DNA of 63,450 nucleotides, filler included, from Trichomonas gallinae (Eukaryota), in NCBI GenBank assembly GCA_008369845.1. It is 7 parts of 7 records of this genome, joined end to end, with 100 filler letters (N's around TTAATTAATTAA, not from the genome) between each part and the next. Parts side by side here need not be neighbours in the genome. Positions count along the whole stretch, not along the records: positions 1 to 18,018 come from MRSU01000779.1; 6 more parts are not named here. The stretch is one strand, 5' to 3'. The number at the start of each line of letters is the position of its first letter. Position 1 is the first letter of the stretch. The position numbers were made by a program, and so were the translations under genes. This document shows positions 1 through 10,848 of the stretch, one piece after another. The notes under the pieces are model-generated. The model was not told the origin of the DNA. It saw nothing but the letters and a program-made list of their open reading frames with translations, and searched no databases.

Positions 1-79
1 GGTCACTCTGGGGTTCGAACCCAGGCCCTCGCGGACCAGTGCCTTAAACTGGCGCCTTAGACCACTCGGCCAAATGACC
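1..79 (-). tRNA. tRNA-Leu, anticodon AAG (discriminator base lies just outside the window)
   Basis: Reverse complement reads GGTCATT-TGGCCGAGTGGTCTAAGGCG-CCAGT-TTAAGGC-ACTGG-long variable arm-CTGGGTTCGAACCCCAG-AGTGACC. Acceptor stem, D-arm, T-arm GTTCGAA and type II variable arm are all present. Confidence 0.95.
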
Positions 80-485
80 TAGACACTTCTTTCAAATAAA
101 TAAAGTTTTTGCTTGAAAACCATATTTTCATTCTTTTCTATTTGGCAAAATTCCAATTTTAAATAAGTATCCACTCAAATCACCACTGTAACGATGCAAT
201 TATGCATTCCTGAGCATATCATGAATTATATTTCAAATCAATAATTTACCAATCTTTGATTTATTTGAACTTTATATCAACCAAACGCTTCGACTCCTAA
301 ATCCAAGATTATTTCTATATTTAAATTGGTAATTTTATATTTTGAAATTATCAAATACGAAAATCTTCAAAAATATAATAATTTTTTTTTTCACTTAATT
401 TTTTTTTTGTGATTGTTTGTTTAAATATCCAGAATAACATATCTATGCTCAATGATCAAAAATCGCGCAAAAATTTTCCATTTCG

Positions 486-3400
486 ATGAGCCTGTCGGAG
501 TCTATAGTCTCTCCGAGCAGTGTCTTTTCTAAGGAATATCTGTCCAATCTCGAGATGGAACCATTGGAAGAACACATGCTATCGACAGACGAAGCTTATT
601 CTATCATTGAAAACGAAGATCTCGAAAAATTAAAAAGTGAAGCTGCAAAAACAATGCATAGCATGTGCCAATTCTCAATGCTCATCGACCCAACAGCTGA
701 TAAAATAAGAAAACAACTTGAAGAGAAATTTGAGCAAGATTCTCAGTATGTTTACGACTATTTTCTCAAATTAAGCATAGATCATCGAGAAACACATAAA
801 ATTGACTACGAATATGACTTAAATATGACAGAAGTAGAAGCTTTCAATGACTTAAATCGAAAAATAGAGCTTTTTTCGCAAAAACAATATTCAATCAAAT
901 CGATTATCAAGTATTTTTCTGATTTGGAAAATAAATTCCCATCAGAAAGAATGCAGAACGCTATATCATTAACATTACACGATATTGCAGCGAAATTAAA
1001 TTCATGTCGACTATATTTATACTTATTAGAAAGATCAATCGACTTATATTCGAATCAACTACAGAATGGAAATGCAAACAACTCAATAGTTTCAGTAGAT
1101 GTCTGCAACAACGTTTTTGCGTATTTGCATAAAGATTTGGGGTTAATTTCTCCGTTTAATTTAGACTTTGAAGTATATGATGACTCAAAAATAGCATTCT
1201 GGAATCGTCATATTTACGTTTTTACACCTTCAAAAAACAGAATCGAATTTTGCAAATCGAAATTAACGAGATATCCGCACACAACTGTCCAAAATCTCGA
1301 TGAAATCATCCCACTGTACAAAATTCTTGCAACTTGGCACGATGATGAAAGGTTTTACTTCGTTCAACAACATGATACTAAAATTTTACTGACGTGCGTC
1401 AGAAAGAATTTGTTGAACATCAAGATCGACAAAGTAGAAAAGGAAATAGAAATCGATGGAATCATTCTCGGAGCTTTCTTTTTAGAGCACAGACTGCAAA
1501 TATACACAAAGAACGGCCCAATGTATGTAATAACAATTGATGGCGTCAATTTTGGTTCTCCGCAAGTCATACAAAAGCCAATAAGTTACTATCCATTAGC
1601 GCCAACGCTTTATTACAACAACAAGTATATATCCTTCTTGTATGACAACAAATTAGTTAAGCAGGAGTATAATTCTATCAAAGATTGGACAATATTCATT
1701 CCATGCTTATACAATTCGACTTCTGATGAAAGCTTGATATCAAAATATGCAGAACTTTTACTGAAAGCAGCAAATTCAAGAATCCAAGACCTCATATTTA
1801 ACTATAAAACTACAGATGAGCTCTTAGAGACTATAACACAGAGCCCGCGATCGAATTTAATGGTTTTAGTCAGAATTTTCGATAAAGCTTTGAATTTGCC
1901 AGAAGAACTCAGACTTTTAGTCGTAACAATGACCCTCAGAATGATAGCACTAAATCTTAATGCGATTTGTCTTCTAGAAACAGACACAAACTCAAAATTT
2001 AAGGAATCGTCAATAATTCACAAAATTCAATTAATTTTGCAATATTCTGTATCAAAAATAGGAGGATTACCTATATACGATTCAGTTCAGATATTTTTGT
2101 TGATAGTTTTCAGATTTTTATACTCAAATCCAGATTTTGTCACTGAAGTATTTTGGAACTTGCCTTGCATCACATTTAACTTTAAGCCAACATTCGGCCC
2201 GCAAACAGCTCTTAGATTCGGCTATATCTTCGACAGAATGAAAAACGATCTTTCTTTAATTGAACAGTTTGAGACTAATTTTCCTTTATTCATACAACTA
2301 GCAAATAATTTTGGTCTTGAATATCCTCTCAAGCAGTTTATAACGATATATGTTGAAAAAACATATAATTTATTTCAACAAAACCAAAAAGAAAAATGTT
2401 TCACTCTCCTGAAAATATTTGCCTTCCATATAACAGCTGTCAAATCCAACACAACAATAGCATCGACAATTTTAGATTCTTTCAGCCAGATAATGAAGCC
2501 AGTTCTTGCCAGCAAAGACAAAAATTATTTCGACATTGGTAATTCGCATGTTAAATTAGAAAACTTCGAAGAGTTTTTCTGCTTCTCGAGAATACATCCA
2601 GAATGGACTAAATATGATTTTACAGTCAACAGCAATGATATCAAACCTCTACATATAACAGAATTTCGAGATGGAAACGGACAAGTTTTTGTCAACGGCG
2701 AAGAATTAACTTCTGAAAAAACTTTTAATACGTCAAAACTCAATTTCAAAATCGTACCTTATTCCGAATGTTTTAATTCCTGCTCATTTTTAATCAAAGG
2801 GAAGTCAGTCAAATTAATGTCAAGCCCCAACAAAATCTTCGTCCCTGATCCGAATTTTTTCCTTTTTGCTTATTTGTCATATCTTTTTGGAAGATTTTCG
2901 AGCGATTGCTTCAGATCTATTCCATTAACAGAAGTCGAGAAGCTCACAAGTTTTTTATCAGAAGACAACTCTGAAACCAAAAACTCTTCAGTGCCCCGCG
3001 ACTTTCAAAAAAAGCTCAAAAACTTTCAGTTCGATGAACAAATTATCACAGCGTTTAATATCTTAAATTTGAAAATCAAGTGGAATTTCAAAGATCCGCC
3101 ACCACAAGTAATCGAAGTCGAAAATATTGTTTTCTCAGCTTTTATATTATATTTAAATCTAATAGAAGAATTTTACAATTTCGCAAATTCAACAGAAAAT
3201 GTTCCTCTTTCGTTATTAACAGTTTGTAAATCAATCAGGAAAATAAGATTATATTTATATCACGCATTTCAGAACAACGACAAAGATTCTCCAAACATCT
3301 TAGAAAACTTTGATGTCTTCTCTTCTATTATACAAGAAAAGGCGAAACTACTAAGCTACGTCAGATCTACTAGTGGCCTTCAGAATTCTCTTCAAAAGTT

Positions 3401-6400
3401 ACTCGATTTCATGAAATCAGAAATAACAGTGAAGCAAGCCATAGATGCTAACAAAAAATATTTAGAAAGAAATAAAAAGTTAAAATCTCAAGCATTTAAC
3501 TTCATAAGATATTTTGAAGAACACTGCAGGCAGAATTTCAAGGTAATACTTTACAATTACATTGACTTCCCAGATGATTTGACAGCAGTTGAAAACCTCA
3601 ACAAATTTTTGCAGAATTTGTTACAGAATAGGACAAACATCAACATCTTACTGTTTTATATAACAGTTGTCGGTTTTGACAAGGATATCATCAAACATAT
3701 TCCATTTTTATTGTCAAATGAGAAAACCAGATTATTTGCTCACGTTCTATTCGGCATTGCTCAAAAGCGAGGATATAAAGTTGATTCCATCAAAAGATTA
3801 TTTGAGAATGACAAGACAATTTTGAATTTAGTTAATGACAAATCTATAATTAATTCGATTTTCAAAGACATGAATGATGTTGATTCAATATTACTTCGAA
3901 AATATTACGAGTATCTCAATGAAAATTCTATTTTTTATAATGATCTAGAAGAGGTTTTTACTAAGATAGGAAATTTTATTATTTCAAATAGCTTCGAAGA
4001 TACTTTTTGTATCATTGATCGCATCAATTTCGCTAGATTGTTGCTGTCCGATAATTACAAATACTCCAACAGAATGAGAAAAATCGTTGACAATTTAATA
4101 ATTAAGAGCAAATCAATTATGGATGATGCAATAATTGGAATTTTGAATGTTTTAGGTCAGACAGTTTTTTCTTCCACATCAACAGGATTCTGTTTATCAA
4201 ACACTACGAAATGCCATATATACCATTATGCTATCAACGAATCAACTAATTTATTACCAGCTTTTTTTGTTGATGTTCCTGTCTTTGAGTATTCACAGAA
4301 AGCAGCAGCAAAAATCAGAAATTTCATAATCGACGCAAACTTTTCAAATAATCAAAATTCAACAGCTACAGTTTCTCTTTACGGATTTTTGATCTTTGCA
4401 TTAAGATTAGATTCAAACTGCATCAATATTGCGAAAGATCTCGATTTTTCTAGTTTAATAAACTTTGCATCAAACAAAATAACAAAGCCAATTGGATTGT
4501 TATATCATGAGTATGAAATATCAAGTAAAAATTTGCTGACAAGCTGCGAATATGACGAGGATGAGCCAAAGTTTATCTCTTTAAGAAGTGGAGAAGTCAA
4601 AGATCGAAACATTATAGGCTATGAAGATGAAATTTGCTTCTTCATAGGTGACAAGAAAATAAAAAGAGACGGAAAGTTTTGGATGACATTACATGTTTCG
4701 AAATCATCAAATGACTCAATTTTGTTTGGTTTGGTTGACAGCCATCTTCCTTTGCGATTCATGGGAGCTGATTTAAGAGGTGCTTTACATTATCCATTCC
4801 TGGAAACAGTTCCACCATTCATGCCTGGAAAAGATTTGACAATTATTTACACAAACAGAACATTTATTATTTTCTCGAATGGTGAATTACAAGATCAGCA
4901 ATTCTTATATTGCTTGTGCGGAGATTTCTTCCCTGTTATAATGACTTTATACAACGATTGTGAGATTTTAGTTAATTTCGACTACGATTTCAAACAAGAT
5001 GAAACTCCTTATTACATTCTCGATTGCATCAAAAATATAGACAATCCAAATCTTATGATGATCCCAACAAATGAAAATTTCGTATACATACCTAACAATC
5101 TACATTTCCCGAAGACATTAGTTGGCATGTTTGTTAGACTCAAGAAGGAAAAATACAACGGAGTTGTAACTGATGTGACAAATTCATTCATCGGAGTTTC
5201 AACTTTCAAGAATGATAACCGTAATATATATATAGAAACAGATGAAAATAATCTCGAAATTTTGAACGAAAGCTTAGGAAAAATCATCAAAAGAGCTTCA
5301 TCCATTATCACATGTTGTCCACAAGCAAAACTATTGAATATCAAGACATCACAAAAGTTATGTTATTCGCTGATGAGATACATTTTAATCTTGATTTATA
5401 ATTTCATTAATATCAATAATGTTTCATTCATTCTTTTGGCTTTACGGCAGGTTTTTGATTTCAATTCAATAAAAGACAACGAGAACATTTTTTCTTCGAT
5501 AATGAAGTCTTTAATCATAAACTACAAATCAGAGATTTTGGATTATTTCAGTAACTCAAATTTCAAATCAAAAACATGTATATTGCTCAGATTGTTGCCA
5601 AAGCTTCCCCCATACAACGTCAGCTATTGCATGACCCAAGACAAGCCAATAAAACATACACAAGAAATCGCTTATGATTTTTGCCTGAAAAAGAAATCAA
5701 CTGGTCAACACAACGGACATTTAATCATTCAAAAGTTTGTCAAAGATGACGAAAATATTATACCAATAATCCACTCATTTTTGATCATTCTCAAAACCAT
5801 GAAAAACGACAGCAACTTTATCAAAGAATTCGTTAAATTAGCAGACAAAGTTTTTCTTGCAAACGACACTATTTCATCTTTGTTGCTTCCTGATTTAATC
5901 GATGCTGTCACAAACTCAGAATTATCTGACAAAGAATCAATAATAATCTTCACGAATTTCATTTCTAATTTCACTGTTTTCGATCAGTATTCTCTAAATA
6001 TTGCAAAATCATTCATCCAATTCAGAGATTCAGTTGTTACGAAATTTGCTGATGATTATGATTTCTTGCTGAATTATTTCAATAATTCTTTGTCATTTGC
6101 ATCAAAATGCGACGAATATGCAAATTATCTTTCTTCTATGCACAACAGAACAAAATCATTCCATCCGTCAACAATCGCGTCATTTATTTACAACAACAAA
6201 CATAATATTTTCTTGCATGATTCAAATCAGCTTCATTTTACTTTCGGCAAGAGATGCCAAGTCGTTGATATTCAAACAAATAAACCAATGGTTGTTGTTT
6301 TTGATGAAATTAATATGACGAGATTCATAGAAAAAGGAATGATATTGGAAACAGAGTCAGATATTTCACTTGATTCTGAAGGTGATGTTTTATTGATTCT

Positions 6401-7763
6401 CAAAGATTTAGTCGACGAAACTGATCATTTGAGATTCGAATCAATTTACAACAAAATAATTTCATTGTATAATCAATGGACATATGATATTGACGAATCA
6501 ATTATTAATGAAACAAAAATCGATTCAAGCATTGACGAAGAAATTGTTAATTTCAGAAAGAAAATGCTAGACAATGTAAAAGACTTTGTCATTCAGAATG
6601 ATTTCCTACAGAGGCCAGTTTGGATGTATAACTTCGAAGAGTGCATCGACAACTACTTCGAGTCTTTGCAGAGAGTTGGATATTCGAAAGAATGTTTGAG
6701 ATTGAATTTCAACAGATTCAAAGCAGGAAAATTAATCGAAGTTTTGCACGGAGAGTCAATGTTTTTGCAATTCTGCAAACAAATACATTCAGACGAAACA
6801 TTAGCTCTACTAAGGAATGAAGACCAAATCTGGAAAGCAGTATTCATCAAAGAAGGTGCAATCGATGCTGGTGGACCGATGCGTGAAAGCTTCACTGATA
6901 TTTGCGTCGACATTTCTAATCCAGTTACTGGAGTTTTCATGGATTCGCCAGACAGGAGAGAATCAATACATGAATACACAGATGAGCTAGTCATAAACCC
7001 GTATTGCCCAAGGCATTTATTGGTCTGCGCAGGTGCAATTATTGGCGCTTCTTGCATCTCAAACATTACTTTCGGGTTCAATTTGGCTAAATTTGTTTGG
7101 CGATTTTTGTGTGGAATTGATGTGACAATCAACGACGTTTTTGCTTACGATCACTCGTTCAAAGATGATTGCACGATGATAGAAAACGCGAAAGAAGAAG
7201 ATTTTTCATCTTTTGAGAATTGGTCTGTCAAATTAATTTCAGGCAAAATCGAAATCATCAAAAACAAAAAATTAACATTCGCAGACAAAGAATTATATCT
7301 CGAAACAATCAAAAAAATTCGCGTCAACGAATTGAGAAATGCTTTAATTCATCTTAGAAAGGGATTCAACATTGTTTCTCCGAAAGAATGCACAGACTGT
7401 TTGTCGCCGAAATACTTGGAACAGAAAGTTCGTGGAAAGATAGAACTCAAACCAGATGATGTCAAAAGATTATTGATGCAGCAAAATGGTTATGATTTGG
7501 ATCTTTTGAACAACGTTTTGGACGGTTTCGATGAAGATCATCTGAGAAAATTCCTAAAATTTGTCACTGGCGTTCCTTCTATTCCAGCATTTATCATTGA
7601 TCCTTTCATCAACGTTGTAATCAATGAAAAAGTTGATATCGAAATGCTGCCATCAGCTAGCACGTGTTTTTATAAATTAATGATTCCAAAATATCCAACC
7701 GTTGAAATATTAAGGCAAAAGCTATTATTAGCGATAGAAGAATCAGCAGAAATCCTACATTAA
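486..7763 (+). CDS. Large HECT-domain E3 ubiquitin ligase (2425 aa) with a SPRY-like central segment
   Basis: C-terminal HECT motifs: FIKEGAIDAGGPMRESF, FLKFVTG, and LPSASTCFYKLMIPKY with the catalytic Cys. Beta-rich SPRY-like segment (GKFWMTLHV...ILFGLV...FSNGE). Confidence 0.9.
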   Translation: MSLSESIVSPSSVFSKEYLSNLEMEPLEEHMLSTDEAYSIIENEDLEKLKSEAAKTMHSMCQFSMLIDPTADKIRKQLEEKFEQDSQYVYDYFLKLSIDHRETHKIDYEYDLNMTEVEAFNDLNRKIELFSQKQYSIKSIIKYFSDLENKFPSERMQNAISLTLHDIAAKLNSCRLYLYLLERSIDLYSNQLQNGNANNSIVSVDVCNNVFAYLHKDLGLISPFNLDFEVYDDSKIAFWNRHIYVFTPSKNRIEFCKSKLTRYPHTTVQNLDEIIPLYKILATWHDDERFYFVQQHDTKILLTCVRKNLLNIKIDKVEKEIEIDGIILGAFFLEHRLQIYTKNGPMYVITIDGVNFGSPQVIQKPISYYPLAPTLYYNNKYISFLYDNKLVKQEYNSIKDWTIFIPCLYNSTSDESLISKYAELLLKAANSRIQDLIFNYKTTDELLETITQSPRSNLMVLVRIFDKALNLPEELRLLVVTMTLRMIALNLNAICLLETDTNSKFKESSIIHKIQLILQYSVSKIGGLPIYDSVQIFLLIVFRFLYSNPDFVTEVFWNLPCITFNFKPTFGPQTALRFGYIFDRMKNDLSLIEQFETNFPLFIQLANNFGLEYPLKQFITIYVEKTYNLFQQNQKEKCFTLLKIFAFHITAVKSNTTIASTILDSFSQIMKPVLASKDKNYFDIGNSHVKLENFEEFFCFSRIHPEWTKYDFTVNSNDIKPLHITEFRDGNGQVFVNGEELTSEKTFNTSKLNFKIVPYSECFNSCSFLIKGKSVKLMSSPNKIFVPDPNFFLFAYLSYLFGRFSSDCFRSIPLTEVEKLTSFLSEDNSETKNSSVPRDFQKKLKNFQFDEQIITAFNILNLKIKWNFKDPPPQVIEVENIVFSAFILYLNLIEEFYNFANSTENVPLSLLTVCKSIRKIRLYLYHAFQNNDKDSPNILENFDVFSSIIQEKAKLLSYVRSTSGLQNSLQKLLDFMKSEITVKQAIDANKKYLERNKKLKSQAFNFIRYFEEHCRQNFKVILYNYIDFPDDLTAVENLNKFLQNLLQNRTNINILLFYITVVGFDKDIIKHIPFLLSNEKTRLFAHVLFGIAQKRGYKVDSIKRLFENDKTILNLVNDKSIINSIFKDMNDVDSILLRKYYEYLNENSIFYNDLEEVFTKIGNFIISNSFEDTFCIIDRINFARLLLSDNYKYSNRMRKIVDNLIIKSKSIMDDAIIGILNVLGQTVFSSTSTGFCLSNTTKCHIYHYAINESTNLLPAFFVDVPVFEYSQKAAAKIRNFIIDANFSNNQNSTATVSLYGFLIFALRLDSNCINIAKDLDFSSLINFASNKITKPIGLLYHEYEISSKNLLTSCEYDEDEPKFISLRSGEVKDRNIIGYEDEICFFIGDKKIKRDGKFWMTLHVSKSSNDSILFGLVDSHLPLRFMGADLRGALHYPFLETVPPFMPGKDLTIIYTNRTFIIFSNGELQDQQFLYCLCGDFFPVIMTLYNDCEILVNFDYDFKQDETPYYILDCIKNIDNPNLMMIPTNENFVYIPNNLHFPKTLVGMFVRLKKEKYNGVVTDVTNSFIGVSTFKNDNRNIYIETDENNLEILNESLGKIIKRASSIITCCPQAKLLNIKTSQKLCYSLMRYILILIYNFININNVSFILLALRQVFDFNSIKDNENIFSSIMKSLIINYKSEILDYFSNSNFKSKTCILLRLLPKLPPYNVSYCMTQDKPIKHTQEIAYDFCLKKKSTGQHNGHLIIQKFVKDDENIIPIIHSFLIILKTMKNDSNFIKEFVKLADKVFLANDTISSLLLPDLIDAVTNSELSDKESIIIFTNFISNFTVFDQYSLNIAKSFIQFRDSVVTKFADDYDFLLNYFNNSLSFASKCDEYANYLSSMHNRTKSFHPSTIASFIYNNKHNIFLHDSNQLHFTFGKRCQVVDIQTNKPMVVVFDEINMTRFIEKGMILETESDISLDSEGDVLLILKDLVDETDHLRFESIYNKIISLYNQWTYDIDESIINETKIDSSIDEEIVNFRKKMLDNVKDFVIQNDFLQRPVWMYNFEECIDNYFESLQRVGYSKECLRLNFNRFKAGKLIEVLHGESMFLQFCKQIHSDETLALLRNEDQIWKAVFIKEGAIDAGGPMRESFTDICVDISNPVTGVFMDSPDRRESIHEYTDELVINPYCPRHLLVCAGAIIGASCISNITFGFNLAKFVWRFLCGIDVTINDVFAYDHSFKDDCTMIENAKEEDFSSFENWSVKLISGKIEIIKNKKLTFADKELYLETIKKIRVNELRNALIHLRKGFNIVSPKECTDCLSPKYLEQKVRGKIELKPDDVKRLLMQQNGYDLDLLNNVLDGFDEDHLRKFLKFVTGVPSIPAFIIDPFINVVINEKVDIEMLPSASTCFYKLMIPKYPTVEILRQKLLLAIEESAEILH

Positions 7764-7951
7764 TACTTGTTTTATATATATATTTTTTTATATTATTGTT
7801 TTGTTTTTTATAAATGTTATTTATTCAAATTTGCATATTACAAAACACTTTTAAATATATGATTTTGTTGTTTCCAAGATGTATATAAGCAAAGAGTTAG
7901 TCATATTACATTATATACTCAGCACATTTAATCAAGTTGAGAAATCAACTG

Positions 7952-7974
7952 ATATATATATATATATATATATA
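7952..7974. repeat. (AT)n microsatellite
   Basis: Uninterrupted atatat run between the convergent HECT and MATE genes. Confidence 0.85.
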
Positions 7975-8124
7975 ATGAATAAAAGAAGCTTATGATGATA
8001 CAAAATTGAAGGAACAAGAATATAAAGAAAATTGAAAAATATATCAAAAATGCATTTTTAAATTAAATAAATAGACTAGAATCTTTATAACATATAATAT
8101 AAAGCGAAAAGTATCAATTAAAAA

Positions 8125-9684
8125 TTATAATTCTGGAATAACTTTTCTATCATTTTCGTCATCATCATCTTTATCGTCGTCATCATCATTCTTTTCTGAT
8201 GTATCACCTCTTGATTTCTTCCAAATGTCATACATCGGCTTTGCATCAACAATTCCAAGTAAAACGAGGCCAATGACGTAGGTGATTGAATAACACCACA
8301 TGATTCTGATCGGGTCCTTTTTATCAGTGATGTACATAATCCAAGCGAACAAAATAATTGTTGCGAGATTATTAAACAACGAAATTATAATTGATGTATA
8401 AGCCCATTGAATGGCCTGCAAGAAGCCCTGGCCAACAAACTTGCCCCACATGATGATTGACATGCAATTAATTACTGTGATTGCTTGTTTTCCGTATTTG
8501 AGGAATTTCTCGTCACTGCCGAATAGAGAAGCAAGCTGCCTTGCAAGTGTCGTACATATTACCGTCGCAAAAGTGCCCCAAGTGAAAGATAACCAAACTG
8601 CATGGAATGAAAGCCACAAAATTCGCTTGTATTCGTGTTTTTGGTATGCATATGATGTAGCCGGAATCTGTGCCGTGAGAATTCCTGAGAAAATCGCAAT
8701 AACCAAAGCTTGATATCTGAAACTGCAAATGTAACCAGCCATAACTTCGTTGTAGGCAGGCTCATCCATGTTGTGTGATGCGTCACCGATGATTTTTCGG
8801 ACGAAAATCGCAGGAATGATTGCAGATAATTGTGCGAGCAGTGTAGAAAGACCAATTTTCAATGCGATGCCGAGATGTGGTGATGGGCGCCTAAATAACA
8901 TCCTTAGAGTTGGTTTTGAAGTGAACTTGCCGCAGAAGAAAAGAATTGCGAAAATAATTCCGACAATTGATTCGGAAAGAATGGTTGCAAGGCCTGCACC
9001 AAGCATTCCAAGCTTAACAGCAAACATAAGAATTGGTGCAAATAAGCCCATGTTCAAGACAAGTGCCACAATAAGTAAAAGCGATGAAAGTCCAGTTCTT
9101 CCTTCAGCAATCAACAAACCAGTTTCAGCAATGTACATAACAGAGAAGAATGCACATCCTGAAAGCGGCGCAATGTATTTCCAGCCTAATTCAACAATTT
9201 CTTCGGAAGCGCCAAACCACCTGGCCGCGCCTTTTAAGTTGGGAACAAGTATAGCAGGAATGACAATACCGAACAATAATGAAAATCTGAAGATGTCAGT
9301 GGCCAATTGATGAACATCTTCGTCTTTTCCTTGACCGAACAGAGCCGAAATTTCAGCAGAAGCAGCAGTCGCCAGGAAGAACCCAAATGAGCGGCCAATT
9401 GAGTCAAAAACCGCGTAGGTGGATATGGCTGATAAGCCTTTTGCGCCAACAGCTTTCGAAATGTAGAAAGTAGTGATGATTCCGTATGCAGCATTAACGA
9501 TCTGACTGATAATCGGACCTACAGACAGTGTAGCAATTGTTTTTAATGGCGGCTGGCCTCCAAGTCTGTAGTTTTTGTCTTTGGTGATCTTCTGCGACAC
9601 GCTGAGCTCCTCCTCATCATCCTTGTAATCGTTCACTGACTCTCCGGATTTGTTTGAGTCAGAGCTAGTCTTTTCATTAATCAT
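8125..9684 (-). CDS. MATE family multidrug/toxin efflux transporter (519 aa)
   Basis: About 12 hydrophobic segments. MatE-type motifs LGGQPPLKTI..LSVGP, AVGAKGLSA, LGMLGAGLAT. Acidic tails. Confidence 0.9.
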   Translation of the reverse strand: MINEKTSSDSNKSGESVNDYKDDEEELSVSQKITKDKNYRLGGQPPLKTIATLSVGPIISQIVNAAYGIITTFYISKAVGAKGLSAISTYAVFDSIGRSFGFFLATAASAEISALFGQGKDEDVHQLATDIFRFSLLFGIVIPAILVPNLKGAARWFGASEEIVELGWKYIAPLSGCAFFSVMYIAETGLLIAEGRTGLSSLLLIVALVLNMGLFAPILMFAVKLGMLGAGLATILSESIVGIIFAILFFCGKFTSKPTLRMLFRRPSPHLGIALKIGLSTLLAQLSAIIPAIFVRKIIGDASHNMDEPAYNEVMAGYICSFRYQALVIAIFSGILTAQIPATSYAYQKHEYKRILWLSFHAVWLSFTWGTFATVICTTLARQLASLFGSDEKFLKYGKQAITVINCMSIIMWGKFVGQGFLQAIQWAYTSIIISLFNNLATIILFAWIMYITDKKDPIRIMWCYSITYVIGLVLLGIVDAKPMYDIWKKSRGDTSEKNDDDDDKDDDDENDRKVIPEL

Positions 9685-10169
9685 AATAATTTGAGAGGAT
9701 AAATTTTTTTTTTTCTTTTCAATCTTTAATCTTTTGAATGGGAAACTAACGTAAAAATATTTTCGGTTTCAGCAGAATTATTAACATTTTTAAGAGAGCA
9801 TAAAAACCAATGATGATAAATTTTTAGAATGACATGTAAACTGCAAAGTTTGTTTTGTAAAGATCTCAAAGTGACATAAAATAGTTTATTTGCTTTTTTT
9901 ATAATCTTAGATTTGATTTTATCCAATATAAACATTGAATATCAGCTTTGTATGACATATAAATATTATTTACATGCATTATAATCCAAAATAATGATTG
10001 TTTCAATGATTTTATAAAAATTTATGACATGTAAATTGCATAATTTGATTTGTAAATAATTCAAAGTGACCAATTATATTTTATAATGGATTTTTGCGAA
10101 TATAAATATTAAATATCATTTTTATATGCTCTAAAAATGTTAATTTCATTTAGATTTAGCATAGATATA

Positions 10170-10300
10170 CATGTTCTACATGAAAAGCTCTTTCTTTCAT
10201 GGAAACAAGAATTTCACTGCATTTACGAACTAATTCACTAGCAATTGATGTAACGTCATTTTTAAATGTGGAATCTTGAGTACAATCTTTAAGTTCATTT
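10170..10300 (-). pseudogene. Short decayed remnant of a BspA-like N-terminus
   Basis: Minus strand reads ELKDCTQDSTFKNDVTSIASELVRKCSEILVS, aligning with ESEQCSSDFTIENDVTSIASYGFSRCSSILVN of the neighbouring BspA gene. No intact start; stops follow. Confidence 0.6.
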
Positions 10301-10848
10301 TAAGCTTTCATAATATAAGTATACTCTATTATACTAACATAATTTAGTGAATTCAACATTTCATTGATTGAGAACACATTTTTATAACTTTTATGTTCCA
10401 ATTTTTTTCTCAAACCAAGTGAAATTGAAAAAAATTCAACGAAAGGAATGGAAACATCGAAGGGCTCTAGGAAATTGCCCTAAACTTTGCAGGTATTATA
10501 TAGACACATTCAAGATGCTATATGTATGATATCTAAGGATTTAAATAATTACAAGTTGAGTTTTATAGTGAGATAATCTCTTTGAAGTTTTACTTATTCC
10601 TTTCTCAACCTTAGTTAAAATAATACTTTACCTTATGACTCTCACTGGTATACTGTTAGTCGCCAACTATCTGTGTTGTGCAAGACTTTTGCACCATCAA
10701 CATTCATCCGTTAAAATTTTTAACATCATTTTCTTTTTCTCAGCTGCTCATTTTCGAATAGTTAGATCTAGTTTGCAATAAAATTTATTTTCATTTCATT
10801 ACTTTGGAAAATGCTGAATTGTTATTGGTTGCTCTTTTTTATATATAT

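Noticed and set aside
10330..10350. TACTAAC branch-point-like sequence suggesting an intron
   Set aside because: Does not match the trichomonad ACTAAC-ACACAG fused 3' motif and lies outside any plus-strand gene.
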